Assembly (NCBI GenBank): GCA_012295275.1 | Contig: CM022679.1 | Coordinates: 26,288,001-26,352,000 of the forward strand | DNA length: 64,000 nucleotides | DNA from: Chrysomallon squamiferum | Taxonomy: Eukaryota; Animalia; Mollusca | Direction: 5' to 3' | Part shown: in pieces, positions 39,985 to 54,084 of the stretch | Position numbering within the stretch: the stretch's first letter is position 1 | How the letters are laid out: each line of letters opens with the position of its first letter | Notes under the pieces: model-generated | Told to the model about the DNA's origin: nothing | Databases searched by the model: none | What the model saw: the letters and a program-made list of their open reading frames with translations, nothing else | Position numbers and translations under genes: made by a program

Positions 39985-40100
39985 TATTCCTAGTAGTAGC
40001 AAGGAATATTTTTTGATAATGTACCTTCTCATAAACAGCAAAACAGTTGGCACAGCCTCTGATAAATCAGTATTGAGTACTGGTTGAATTGGGAAAAGCC
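39985..40100 (-). mobile_element. Degenerate interspersed repeat (probable SINE body) within a copy-specific segment
   Basis: Reverse-complement similarity to 8365-8480. Confidence 0.5.
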
Positions 40101-40627
40101 CCAGTGGTGGGAACCATGACATAATTAGATTCTGGAAATATTAGTGTTGTAGACAATAGCGTTTTAAAATCACTAAAATGTGGCACAGGTAACTGTGTTT
40201 ACAATTTATTAAAACAGAGTATCAGGCTTTTAGCATCGTAAATGAGTTCTGTGAAAATTATTTGTGCAAGTTTGCTAATCAGAAATGAATCGGTAGTGAT
40301 TGCTAATACGTTAAATGGTTCTTGTCGAAGTAGTTCTGTTTTCACCTTCATTGAAATATTACAATGAACAAACAAATAATGTGAATTGACTGTTTCATTT
40401 ATAGGGTTTACTTTTGAGTTATTGAACTTCGTGGATATTAATTACTTCGAAGCGATGTTTTGTAAACCCTGAAGTGAAGGTTAAAATACTCCAGGTTTTT
40501 GGCTTCATTAAAAAGATAGCTGTAATATTATTTTAGTTATGCCATGTCTTGTTATTTCAAAACACAGCAGATTATTATTATACATAATCTGATTGTTTGT
40601 AAGCTGAAAATTTAAATAATTCCAGTT

Positions 40628-40712
<85 letters not shown>

Positions 40713-41035
40713 TTATTTATTTATTTATTACTATTATTGTTTATTAGTAATATTTTTATTAAAATAAATATTTTATTATTATGTTAACCTACTTGAACAA
40801 GTTGATACAAAAACCAAGAAGAGTAAAAAAAAAGAAATTAAAAAATACTGATTTACAAATAAATAAACTTTAAATGATGACAGTAGAGACAATATGTTGC
40901 TGTATATGTATCTTCTTTTGTGTAATACAAACAACAGATTGTTTTTCATTTAAAAAAACTCTGCATGTAGCTGGCTATCAAGATAACAACAGTGTTTTCT
41001 TTTCTTTTTATCTTCTCTTTCTCTTTTTCTTTATT

Positions 41036-41082
<47 letters not shown>

Positions 41083-41342
41083 CTTATCTCTCCTTTCTTT
41101 GTTTTGTTTGTTTACTAAAGAAACTATAATTTTCTAATATACCAATAAACTATAATATGCATTTTGTGTGCTTTTATATGATTATATTTTATTCCATTAA
41201 TGTTGAAGTTTAACTCCATGTAGTATTTATAAAAGATCAAGAATATATTTTGTACATTTATGTGTATTTGTTTTTCTTTTTGTTGTTTTTTTCTTAATGT
41301 TTATTTCTCTAGTGATACAGATACATTCTGAATATTCCAAAA

Positions 41343-41379
<37 letters not shown>

Positions 41380-41741
41380 TTGTTGTATTTAATTATTTGG
41401 CCAATCTTTACTAGAAATAATTGTGTTTGTTGTTGTTGAAAATATGGCTATACTAGTAATCAGAGACTTAATTGTACATTATTCGAATAACATCCTTGAT
41501 TAGAATTTTTAGTTTTGAATTTGTTTTATTTCACCACAGAATATAGAACACAATAAGTACAACTGATACATGTTAAAGTAATCAAATACAAAAATTAATA
41601 TGAACGACTTACACATGATAACATAACAAAATATAAAAGTAAATTAAAGTGATAAATTGTCTGGCTATTTGTAATATAAATCTATAAATCAGTTCTAATA
41701 GTTTTGCAAAACCCACTAGTATTTAAGCCATGTAAATAATA

Positions 41742-41775
<34 letters not shown>

Positions 41776-41919
41776 ATAATAATAATAATAATTACAAAAT
41801 TGATAGCAATAATATTTACAACAGTAACATTACTACTGCTACTACTACTACTACTACTAGTAATAATAATGACAAAATTGATAGTAATAATATTTACAAG
41901 AGTAACATTACAATTTCAG

Positions 41920-42113
41920 AAGAATTGTCAGATCAAGAAACAGAGAGAATAGCCAGTTTGAGAAGACAGTTTATCCGAACAGAAAAAGATCGTTCTATTG
42001 GTCCAATGTGGAATCAGACACGTACAGTTTTAACTCTTTTTTACAAAGGAGCGAACAGAGACCTGGCTAGTTTATTGAAAGATGACAGATTTCTATGGAA
42101 TCAACAATTGTGA
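41920..42113 (+). pseudogene. Orphan intact terminal exon of a CHST15-like sulfotransferase
   Basis: Acceptor TTTCAG| at 41919. Reads EELSDQETERIASLRRQFIRTEKDRSIGPMWNQTRTVLTLFYKGANRDLASLLKDDRFLWNQQL*. No upstream sulfotransferase exons were seen. Confidence 0.78.
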
Positions 42114-42426
42114 TATGTTAATACATGGATTTCTGAAGATTCTATTTCTAATATAAAAATATATGTATATTTTTTGTTACCACAATAAAAAATTAATGAA
42201 TGAATGATTATAGGAGATGTAAGAAATGATTTATATTTTTCAATATCATCACCACAACCACACAAGCTTTGTGATGATGATGACGGTCATCATCATTTTA
42301 TTATTATCAAACGTCATATCAATCAACCATGTAACTTGTGACAAATAGTTTGAAAATTTTGCATTTACAAGAACACCAATAATTAGAAACTGTAGAGTAT
42401 TGGTAGTAGTAGCAGCAGCAACAGGT

Positions 42427-42490
<64 letters not shown>

Positions 42491-43317
42491 TCTTCTATGT
42501 ATGAAATTTAATCTTTATCGTTTCAAAACGTGCAGTTTTGCTTATAACTTGTGAAAAATAGTTGCTTACATTAAAGGATGTCAATAAACGTAACAAAATT
42601 CTGATATGCTTGAAGACTGACATTTTAATTCTTGTCATGACGTCATTCAGTAGAAAGAAACTGACAGAAATTACTGAATAATGCTTATCAAAGTCATCAT
42701 CAAAACAAACTTTTCTATTCTTACGTATTATTTAAATTCAAAAAGAAATGAATAACGAAATATGTAAATTCCTTAATTAATTCATAAATAGAAATAACAA
42801 GAACAAACCAATAAATAAATAGAAAAAAATATGAATAAATAAGTAACTAAATAAATAAATAAAATAAGAAGTAATAGGAAACAAAGCAGGGAAAAACAAA
42901 TAAATAAATATATAAACAAAACAAATAAATATAACAAAAATATAATCAATTAAATAAACAAACAAACAATCATTAAACAAAAAAATTAAATAATTAATAA
43001 AAATGAACAAATAAACAAATAAATAGATGAATAAATCTGATATTGAAGAGCAATTCAGATTAATGCTAGGCTCTCACCACTCAGTGACAATTTCTCTCTA
43101 GACACAATGTTCATCTTGACATAAAACAAAACAGGACAGTAGACACCAAACTCTGGTATCAGACTAAGCAGTAATGCAAATATATTTATCGTTTAAAATT
43201 ATAATTCACTAAGAAATAGAGGGATATGTGAAAACAAATCTCCAAAGACCCATTCTCGCTAAGAAATCATGAACATAAGAATTGATTAGTTGTAAATTAT
43301 AGAACGTAATATTATTT

Positions 43318-46300
43318 TTAAAGTAAATTAGAGATTAACTTGAGTAACTCTTCGTTTTGAAACATATTATCAGCAGAAACAACTTTCACTTTGACATCAA
43401 ACATGCCAGGGCAAGAGGCTCCAAATACTGGTATCAGTGGCTTTGAAACATCAACATTAGGAATGCTGTATTCACATTTGTTTTGATTTACACGAATAAT
43501 GTGAAATGTTTTATTTTTTGTGTCAAGCAGCAACCCAAGATTCATAATGAATTCTTTGTTCTCTTCAAAATCTGCAAACGGCCTGTCAGATATTTCCTTC
43601 CCAATAGAATGAACGTCTAGACACAGACTGTTGTGATTACTGCAGGTGTCAACACTTACACACCAGGCGTGACTGTTCTGTGAAATTAATTCTGTATCAT
43701 CGTAATTTTGTTGTGTACAAACACCGATTTGAGCTGCTACTCTGTGAAGTTCTGCATTTTCCAGTATTTTACATACAACATCAGCCTGCCAGTAATAACA
43801 GCTTGGATGATGAAAAGTCTTGTTTCCTAAAACACCTTCAAAACATTTCAGTGTGGAAGTCTGTTCTGTGTCAGGTTGTAGTGAAGGTTCGTTGATCAAT
43901 TCGCCACAATCTGTGATGGAACACCTCTTCCAGTTCACATTATTTTTTTTAAACTGTACACTCGGTACTGTAAAATAAAAATATACATATATAGCTATAA
44001 CTATCTCTGTTTCTTTGAATTACTTTCTACTGACATGAAAAATTAAATTTTTCCTCTCTTTACAAATCAAATGTTACCGAATTTAGCTTCCATATTGTCT
44101 ATAAATAAATAAATAAATAAACAAACATACAAATAAAAAAAATAGTAATTCATTAATATTCAAATGCACAAAGATAAGTATAAACGTATATATTTAGACT
44201 TTGACTCTTTATGAGTCTTTATTAAAATAATAAAGATTTTGTCGATTCCGTTTCACTAGTGGATGGTAGCGTGTAATACATGTAGTAACTTAATATTTCT
44301 AATTCTAAAGTAATAACTCGTTATTGGATATTCTGTGTTTACTTACAAATAAAGCTGTAAATGTATCTATTTCTAAATCAGAGACGATATATCTGCATGA
44401 TTATTGATTTATTTATTTAAAAATGTTTGTTTGTTTATTTTATTTAACAACAACTTTCTAATCCTGAAAAAAGATATGTAGATATTTTTTAAGTATAACA
44501 AATAAATATTTACAATTCTTACTTAAAAACAAATAAATTAAGAGGAGATAAATTATATCCGTAACTATCTCTCATGATAATGTATTTTTGCAATAACTTG
44601 TACTTTCATAAAGTTATTAATTCTTAACTTCATTTCTAGCGATATTTTACATAAATATATATTAGATGTTTCAACGTAAACTCTGCAATCCAAGGAACAC
44701 TAATCCGGAAAGTTTTATTAATTTGTTATTTTCCCTGAACGTTACATCTGATTATACTTGTTGGGGGCAATTCTCATTTCCTCTGTGTCTGTGTGTGTGT
44801 ATTTGTCTGTGTGTGTCTGTAAAATATGAAAATTCCTTACGAAACACTTCTCTGTATTGACCTACTAGAATTTTCCGCATCAAACCCGCACCTAAAAAAC
44901 ATGACCACATTTTACATCGAACGTTTAGACAATCAGTGAAACAGCTGAAGAATCCTTAGAAAAAGAATGTGTCAAAATTTAGAGTTAATTCAATAATAAC
45001 CGATCAAACTACCTTCTGAAATACAAACAATCAGTAATGAACAAAACTAAGGGAGAAATAATATGATAAAGCTTTTAAATTCTTAAGGTAATTGACAGTT
45101 GCAGTTTATCCCGAGTAAAAAAAAGCAAGTTTATGTATGGAAATATTTGGAAAATTCACCTTGTTCGTCGTTTATTTCAGTATTGTCTTTACTACATCCA
45201 TGTTCAGGAGCGAGTGACATTTCCTCATTTTCTGAAATAGTCTCAAACAAATCTTCTGACGTAATCTCGGGAACGTTGATTTTCTGTGGTAAGAGAATAC
45301 CACTCATCATTTCACCATTCTGCTCTGTCTTGTCACGATTCTGCATGAAACAAGCGATATGTTTTGATTTATCGTAGACGACTGCTGATCTGTTCAAAAT
45401 CTTGTCAATGCCGCAAAATATCTCCAGACCAAGGTTGATCTTTTTCATCTGCATTTTTACCAATACACACGGCGTAATCAAATATTCAGTTTTGTTTTTC
45501 AGAGACTCAAACATTTCAGTAAATTCGACTTGACGCGCGAACTGCAAGGCTTGTTGACAACGTAGAAGATGTTCACTTTTCTCATTTATCGACCGAGTCA
45601 CCACTTTTATCTGTTCATCTCGATCACATTTCTGTTTGTCAACATTTCTAACAACTTCATCTTTGAACGTTTGTGTCAGATCTTGAATCTTTTTAATGAT
45701 TTCTTTACTGGCTTCATCTATTTTCATTAGACTTTGTTTCTGTGTCGCATTCAGTGTTTGTTTTTCTTTAGTCAGTTTATCAGTGTACGATTTTGATATT
45801 TCTATGGACATTTGTATCTGACATAAAGTGGATTTAATCTTTTCCTTCTTCTCATTGTAAACATCTTTCAGATTACAGATTTCGTGATCTCTGTGAGACA
45901 CAAGTGCACACGTAGAACAGACAGCTGTACAGCACGTCTTGCAGTAAACATCAACTTTCATATTTTCGTGATTTGTACATATATCCTTCCTCTGGAAAAA
46001 TTCAGACTGTGGAATTTCCGCCAGCTTTGATAAAGGAATTATCTTATGAAGTTTTGTACTTGGAAATTTGACATGCCATGAGGTGCAGGTTTCGCACATG
46101 TGAATATCACAATCGAAACATTGGGTCGTTGCTTTCCTTTTTTCGGAACATACTTGACACGATATTTCTCCAGCATTTTTCTTAATTCTTATATATTCCA
46201 CCAAATCTGTCAACACTTTGTTTTGTGGAAATGTTTTCTCGATATTATTTTGAACAGGCCATATTTGTCGACAGTTGGGACATATTATTCCCTCTGGCGA

Positions 46301-46459
46301 TTTCTTCCATACTGATGTCAAACATTGACAACAAAAGCTATGGTGACATGGTAAAACACGTGGTAGTTTATCTCCTTCATTAAAATAGTCTAAACAAATT
46401 TCACATATAACAAACTCGTCTCGAATTTCTATTAATGGTACAACACAAGTTTCAGCCAT
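43318..46459 (-). CDS. TRIM-D: RING-Bbox1-Bbox2-coiled coil-acidic linker-B30.2(PRY-SPRY)-like
   Basis: Exons 46459-45160, 44891-44841 and 43967-43318. Frame open, phase-1 introns. Confidence 0.88.
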
Positions 46460-49453
46460 TATGGATAACTGAAAAAGCTGTGAACTGCTAATCAAGAACT
46501 ATTTTTAGAAGCAGGCGTGAACATATCTTCTGTACAATGTCATTCAGCGTTACCTGTTCGAACATACAATAAAGAAGTTACCACTTCATATCTATCAAAC
46601 ATATTGAAATATTAATGTAACTTTTAAACTAATATGTGTTATGCCAGAGATTATTAAGAAAAGATAATAAGAGAAATCATTTCTATATAGACTAATCTGT
46701 GTCAGTTTGTCTTTAAAGCCGTTACATTCAAATTTGTTATATTTCAATAAACTTCTGGTAAAGAAACACGACAAATTCTGTATTTGGTGAAATAAATGAG
46801 TAAATAAGTAAATAAATAAATAAATGAATAGTGTGTTATTTGGAAACTTCAAAATTGTTTATTATTATTATTGTAGAAACTACAATGATTTACACTGATG
46901 TTTCATCTATTGCTGTTAGAACAGAATATAGCTGTAGAGATCATTAGCTGACTGCTGTTGTATTTATACGGACAATTTCAAAATATCACACATCAAAATG
47001 TCACATATTCAGTTAAATGAAGGAGAATATATCAACAATATATATGGACATGTATGATTTTATTAAAATTTAAATATAATGCAGTTTGCTTTTATTGAAT
47101 CGTAAATCATATTAAATCAATAAATTAAAGGCTCTCAGAAAATAAGATTTTAACAATGATAATAATAATCTATGCATTAAACTTTATTACGTTGTAAAAT
47201 GGATTTTATAATCCAATCTAAATTTAACAATTCTCGTTGTGTATGTAACTATATTTGACATGTGTATATAACTATATATCAGAAAAAATTTCGTATTACA
47301 TTTTATTATTTTTTTATGTATTTATTTATTTATTTATTTGTTTATTTGTTTGTTTGTTTGTTTATTAATTAATTAATTTATTTATTTGTTTGTTTGTTTG
47401 TTTGTTTATTAATTAATTAATTTATTTATGATAATAGCAATTAGATTCATAATTTACAATTTCATTGTCCAAAAATATATGTAATTTTAGATCAAAGATC
47501 AGCCTTACAAAGTAGCTGTTCAGATATTGAACAACCAGCTTCAGAGTCACACTAAAGTAAGTTCTTTGTTATCATTTTACTATATCTGTAATTTAATTTG
47601 TTTATTTTATATGTATCTAATTTTTTTTCTCTGGTCCTTAATGATTTTGAGTAGACTAAGAAAGAATGGCAATTGATAACAGTTGTGCATCCATCTATTT
47701 ATCTGTTTTTGTTTATTTATTTCATATAATTTCCTTTTGTAATCTTTACAGATGAAGCAGGCTTTTCTTATTAATTTCATTTTTATGTTAAATGGAAGTG
47801 TTTGTTTTCTTTGTTTCTTCTTTTTTCCAATCTTTTTTATTATTATTATTAATTTTTGTTTTTGTTTTAACTAATCCTCTTTAGAAAGAATCTTTTCATT
47901 TAGAGACCCATTCAAAGATGCTTCATTTCGTATGACATTCTGCAGGTTTTTCTTATATCTCGCTTCATAATTACACAGGATGGTATGTAATCTTTAACGT
48001 TAAAATGCGATCAACTGTTGTCAAGTATTCATTTATTTATTAACTAGGAATTAACACATAACTTAAAATTTCAGCGAATAACAGGAATTTCTTATTGCAA
48101 TTTTTACTAATGTAACTCGGAAATTAATGATCAGATTAATAAAACGTTTTTATACCATTTGTCTTCTACTTTTATTTTGTGTGAAGAAACCAGTGTAAAA
48201 CAAAACCTGGAGTAATTACGTTGAAGCTGAGTAACACACTGTGAATTATACTCCTGTCAGCATACTGTTGTTGTGTCTGTATTAAAAGTTAATATTATTA
48301 AGTTAATATTATATCATCGTTTGTTCGTGTACACCAGTGTTTACGTTAGATAAGAGTAATACTGACAACTACGCTAAAACTGTGTCACCTACTTAAAACA
48401 TGTTACTCGCTTACAGCGGACAGCTGTTGTATTGATTACATGCATACACAATGTCAGGTAGCATTTTAAGTTAAATAAACACTGCTACAAACATTAACAT
48501 TTATGCAGGAAAAGAATTAAAATTTACTCTGTCTCCATATCTAAGACTATTATTTTAATTTTTACAATTAATATAATAACAGCAACCAGGAAGTTGCGAT
48601 GGTTGCATTTTCGTTCTATTCAGATAAACACCGTTACAAACATTACACATCATGTTTACCTTGATAACATTTAGTCTCTATTATTTTCATTTTTTTTTTT
48701 TTTTTTAAACTAGTAATAACTGTGTTCACAGAAATATTCAGATTACAAAACATAAAGCTTATTTGGAAGGAGTTCCTTAGTTTCACTTTCTATTTACTGA
48801 AGCATAACATATATATATATGTATATTTCTTTTACTTCATTTTAAAAAGCTAAATCCGATGGATCTTTAAACCGATATATATAGGAAAGAAAATAATTCA
48901 GATGGTAAGAATTATAATATATATATATATATATATTTACTAACTAGTTAATTATTCGTGTTGGCGTTTCGACTGACACGGTATTCAGTGTCACTAATGA
49001 CTGAAACTGTAAACGACCTTAGTAATATAAATATCATTAACATACCTGAGTGTACTGAACCTTTACATTATAATATATTTTCCTCCCAATAAATAAATGT
49101 CCTCCCTTTACCATCGAACCTGTGTTACACGACAACTACTTCACAAACGTCGTCAATGTGGGTCACCATGACAAAGATGTTCACCGACTGGGTCACGCTG
49201 ATAGATTCAGTTCGAGCGGCAGACATAAATCTATATTACAAACTGTTTAAACCGTTGTCACGAGTGAGAAAAAAAAGAAGAAAAAATGGTGTCTTTTATA
49301 TTAAATTTACATTATTTGTTATTAGAACACATAAAATGTGTTAAAATCTAAATAATTCACTGAAGAGTCCCTATCCAGTGTTCTCTCGGTCAGTGATAAA
49401 CAAAGGTTTATTTAACGTTTATACTGTAGTCACGTTTCCATTGCCATAAAAAT
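45131..49453 (+). repeat. Segmental duplication (paralogous to ~52756-57117): TRIM first exon plus ~3 kb of 5' flank
   Basis: Colinear near-identity ending at GTCACGTTTCCATTGCCATAAAAAT (49453 / 57117). Confidence 0.9.
48985..49330 (-). promoter_or_regulatory. Conserved TRIM 5' module of TRIM-D
   Basis: Homologous to 19931-20220. Donor CAG|GTATGT at 49045. Confidence 0.55.
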
Positions 49454-49596
49454 TAACTCGAGTCCTGATAGACAAGCTCTCATTTACCTTATACCAGAGC
49501 AATTTTAACAGATAATAAATAAAATTAAATAATTGGTTAAGTAAACAAACAACCAGAAAAAAATGTAATTTCACAGAAAAAAAATAGATGCATAAA

Positions 49597-49701
49597 TAGA
49601 ATAATCCTGGTGAAATATTATGTCATGATTGTCCAGACAGGTCCACAGCAATAGCTTATTGCCTCACTTGTTGCGAGTACATGTGTGAAAGATGTAGAGC
49701 T
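49597..49701 (+). pseudogene. Isolated TRIM B-box1 fragment (TRIM-A type)
   Basis: Translates as NNPGEILCHDCPDRSTAIAYCLTCCEYMCERCRA, versus TRIM-A NNPGEILCENCPERSTAIAYCLTRCDYMCERCRA. Confidence 0.85.
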
Positions 49702-49817
49702 ACACAGACAAACTCGTAGAAATCATTTGATGTTTATTTAAGATTCATTTCTCTGTAAAAATATTTAAAAAAATGAGTAAAATAAATTTTACAAGAGAAC
49801 ACTTTTCTTTTCTCTCC

Positions 49818-49848
<31 letters not shown>

Positions 49849-51211
49849 ATCGAAATAATAAACAAACATTATTAAAGAACTAGCTTTCCTGTCTCTGAAA
49901 AGTCTTCCCGACCTTTTTTCTCTCCCTCGTTCTCTCGGATCATTCTTAACCACCATCACATGCGTTTCCAAACATTTATTCATTTAATAAACAGTAACTA
50001 AGATAACTGTAATTATCAGTGAATAAACGCAACTTTTTATCGAAAATGTGGGTATAATATAAGTAATCACAGACCAAATGTGATTTATTTATTTATTTAT
50101 TTTTTAATTTCATCACAGAACATAGAACATAATGTGTACATGCGATACATTTTAATATAAACAAATGTGAAAGTAAACTAATATGACAAAGCACAGGAAT
50201 ATGCTGATTATCCATAATACAAACCAATAATCAGTTCTAACAGTTTTGTAATTCCTAGTAGTAAATATGTTTAAGGATATAAATACAAAGAAATGCTATT
50301 GTAAGAAACATGTAAAATACATAATCGTAAGAAGTCAAAGTAATAAAATTATGCATATATTTACATTAATTATAATTAAAAAAATATAAAATATAAATAA
50401 TTTTGCACAAATTTAATTGTTTTTTCATTTTAATCATTTATCTTGAATATATGTTTATCTGTATAATAATAAAACACGTTCAGAACATTGTGGAATACAA
50501 TTAAAGTTAGTTTGGTAGTGTTTCCATTTTAATTTAAATATGTATTGCTTGTATTGATCAATTCTGAATTGATTGCAATATCATTTTTAGAATAGCTTGT
50601 GCTGCCTAAAGTAATTTTGTACATTTAGATGAAGTCTCACTTTACTTCGAAAAATAACCAATTTGTAAGAGTATTCCAGAACCTCTGAACATGTTCTCAT
50701 AAGCAAAACGATGCTGTAAATGTTCCCTAGCCATACGAAACAAAATTCACATTTATCTGAATCTTTTATTCAGTATATTATCAGATATTTATTTGTTGTT
50801 AAAGTAAATAACAAGACGTTATATTGAAATTACTGAATCTGTAGTTAACTAGAACGGGAAAACATGTAAGAAAAAATTCACCATTCGTCTCCAAACTCTT
50901 CCAGAAATATGATTAGAAATTACTTAAAAGCAAGAATATTAGTTTCAATTTGAAAGAGAGAATATATTTTTTTTTTATTATGTTCTTTATAATTATTTGG
51001 ATATTAAATTCACGACATTCCAAATAACAAACAAAAATAATGAAAAGAAATTAAAGAAACAACTTATTATTTCCGAAATAAAATAAAATGGAAGAGGACG
51101 AAAATATAAAGTTAAAAAAAATACCAACAAAGATATATTTAAAAATAATCAAAAACTTGAATTTAATCTAATACGAATTAACACAACCACTGCATGTTAC
51201 ACATTTTCATG

Positions 51212-54084
51212 TTACTTTTTGATTAAATTACAAATTAAGTTGACTAACTCAACGTTTGGAGACACATCATCAGCAGAATCAACTTTCACTTTGACATCAA
51301 ACTCGGCAGGGCTATAGACTCCAAAAACTGGTATCAGAGGCTTTGAAACATCAATATTAAAAATATTGTATTCACATTTGTTTTCACTAACACGAATAAT
51401 GTGAAGTTTTCTCTTTTTTGTGTCAAGCAACAATCCAAGTCTGACATTGAATTCTTTGTTCTCTTCAAAATCTGCAAACGGCTTGTCAGATATTTCCTTC
51501 CCACGACTGTCAATGGCTAAACACAGACTGTTGTGATCTCTACAGGTGTCAACACTTACACACCAGGCGTGACTGTTCAGTGAAATTAATTCTGTATCAT
51601 CGAAATTGCTTTCTGTACAAACACCGATTTGAGCTGCCGGTTGGTGAAGTTCTGCATTTTCCAGTATTTTACAGACAACGTCAACCTGCCAGTAATAACA
51701 GACCGGATGGTGAAAAGTCTTGTTTCCTAAAGTTTTAACTTTGATGGTCTGTTCTGTGTCAGGTCGTACTGAAGATTTGTTGATCAATTCACCACAATCT
51801 GTGATTTTACAATACTTCCCGTTTACACGATTTTCATCAAACTGTATGTTGGGTACTGCCAAAAAAAAAAAAATTACTGATCTATAATTAAAGCTGGCTA
51901 TGTTTACATGAGTATTTATTTATTTGATTATTTACAGATATTTGTTTATTATATTTTATTTCATTTTATTGAACAGCAACTTTCTAATCCTGACCAAACA
52001 TTTACAGATATTTTTAAAAATATAACAAAGTAATGTTTATTTTTCTTATTTGAAAACAAGTAAGTAAAGAGGTCAGATATATTCTTAAGTATCTCGTATG
52101 ATAAAGTATTACTGTAATAACATGTATCTCTAAAAATGTACTAAGTTCATATCTAGCAATATTTAACATATATATAACGTATTTGAAAAACATTCTGCGA
52201 TGCAAAGAAACTACAGAGTGTTATCTTCCGAAAGGTTTTATTAGTTTGTGACTCTCCCGAGCATACTGAATATGATTGGGTGCGTCCATGTGCGCGCGTG
52301 CATGCGTGTGTGTGTTTGTGTGTGCGTGTTTCTTTGTGTCTGCTGGTTTCCTATAATTGCCATTAATTGTCGCTACGTTTCAAACTGCATAGCTAAATCT
52401 TTCTGTTTACACAGTGGATTTGATTAAAACTCTTTTAACAGTGAAATGTGAAAAATTACTTACGAAACACTTCTCTGTATTGACCTACTAGAATTTTCCG
52501 CATCAAACCCGCACCTAAAAACATGATCACATTTTACATCGAACGTTTAGACAACCAGTGTAAGCAGTTAAAGAATCCTTAGAAAAAGAATGCGTCAAAA
52601 TTTAGAGTTAATTCAATAAAAACCGATGAAACTCTACCTTCTGAAATACAAACAATCAGTAATGAACAAAATCAAGGGAGAAATAATTTGATAAAGCTTT
52701 TAAATTCTTAAGGTAATTCACACTTTCAGTTTATCCCGGGTAAAAAAAAGCAAGTTTATGTATAGAAATATTTAGAAAATTCACCTTGTTCATCGGTTAT
52801 CTCAGTATTGTTTTTACTACATCCATGTTCAGGAGCGAGTGACATTTCCTCATTTTCTGAAAGAGTCTCAACCAAATCTTCTGACATCTTCTTTGTAAGG
52901 CTGATTTTCTGTGGTAAGAGAATACCACTCATCATTTCACCATTCTGCTCTGTCTTGTCACGATTCTGCATAAAACAAGCGATATGTTTTGATCTATCGT
53001 AGACGACTGCTGATTTGTTCAAAATCTTGTCAATGTCGCAAAATATCTCCAGACCAAGGTTGATCTTTTTCATCTGCAGTTCAAACAATACAAACGGCGT
53101 AATCAAATGTTCAGTTTTGTTTTCCAGAGACTCAAACATTTCAGCAAATTCGACTTGACGTGCGAACTGCAAGGCTTGTTGACAGCGTAGAAGATGTTCA
53201 CTTTTATCATTCATCGACCGAGTCACCTCTTTTATCTGTTCATCTCGATCACTTTTCTGTTTGTCAACATTTCTAACAACTTCATCTTTCAACTGTTGTG
53301 TCAAATCTTGAATCTTTTTTATGATTTCTTCACTGGCTTCATCTATTTGCATTAGACTTTGTTTCTGTGTCGCATTCAGTGTTTGTTTTTCTTTAGTCAG
53401 TTTATCAGTGTACGATTTAGATTTTTCTATGGATATTTGTATCTGACATAAAGTGGATTTAATCTTTTCCTTCTTCTCATTGTAAACATCTTTCAGATTA
53501 CAGATTTCGTGATCTCTGTGAGACACAAGGGTGCACGTAGAGCAGACAGCTGTACAGCACGTCCTGCAGTAAATATCAACTTTTATATTTTCGTGATTTG
53601 CACAGATATCTTTCCTCTGGAAAAATTCAGACTGGGGAATTTCCACCAGCTTTGATAAAGGAATTATCTTATGAAGTTTTGTACTTGGAAATTTGACGTG
53701 CCATGAGGTGCAGATTTCACACATGTGAATGTCACAATCGAAACATCGGATCGTTGCTTTCCTTTTTTCGGAACATACTTGACACTGTATTTCTCCAGCA
53801 TTATTCTTAATTCTTATATATTCCACCAAATCTGTCAACACTTTGTTTTGTGGAAATGTTTTCTCGATATTATTTTGAACAGGCCATATCTGTCGACAGT
53901 TGGGACATGTTATTCCCTCTGGAGAATTATTCCATACTGATGTCAAACATTGACAACAAAAGCTATGGTGACATGGTAAAACACGTGGTAGTTTATCTCC
54001 TTCATTAAAATAGTCTAAACAGATTTCACATATAACAAACTCGTCTCGAATTTCTATTAATGGTACAACACAACTTTCAGCCAT
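51212..54084 (-). CDS. TRIM-E: RING-Bbox1-Bbox2-coiled coil-acidic linker-B30.2(PRY-SPRY)-like (chimeric)
   Basis: Exons 54084-52785, 52514-52464 and 51855-51212. Frame open, with a 12-nt in-frame deletion (FKGV) at the start of SPRY. Confidence 0.86.

Larger units (their letters stand above)
39385..45450 (+). repeat. Segmental duplication copy 2 (paralogous to ~12550-18620)
   Basis: See copy 1. Confidence 0.9.

Noticed and set aside
49156-49344. Duplicated small ORF MWVTMTKMFTDW... (also 56779-57015)
   Set aside because: It lies antisense in the 5' module, the copies differ by a frameshift, and it is not open in the A, B or G modules.
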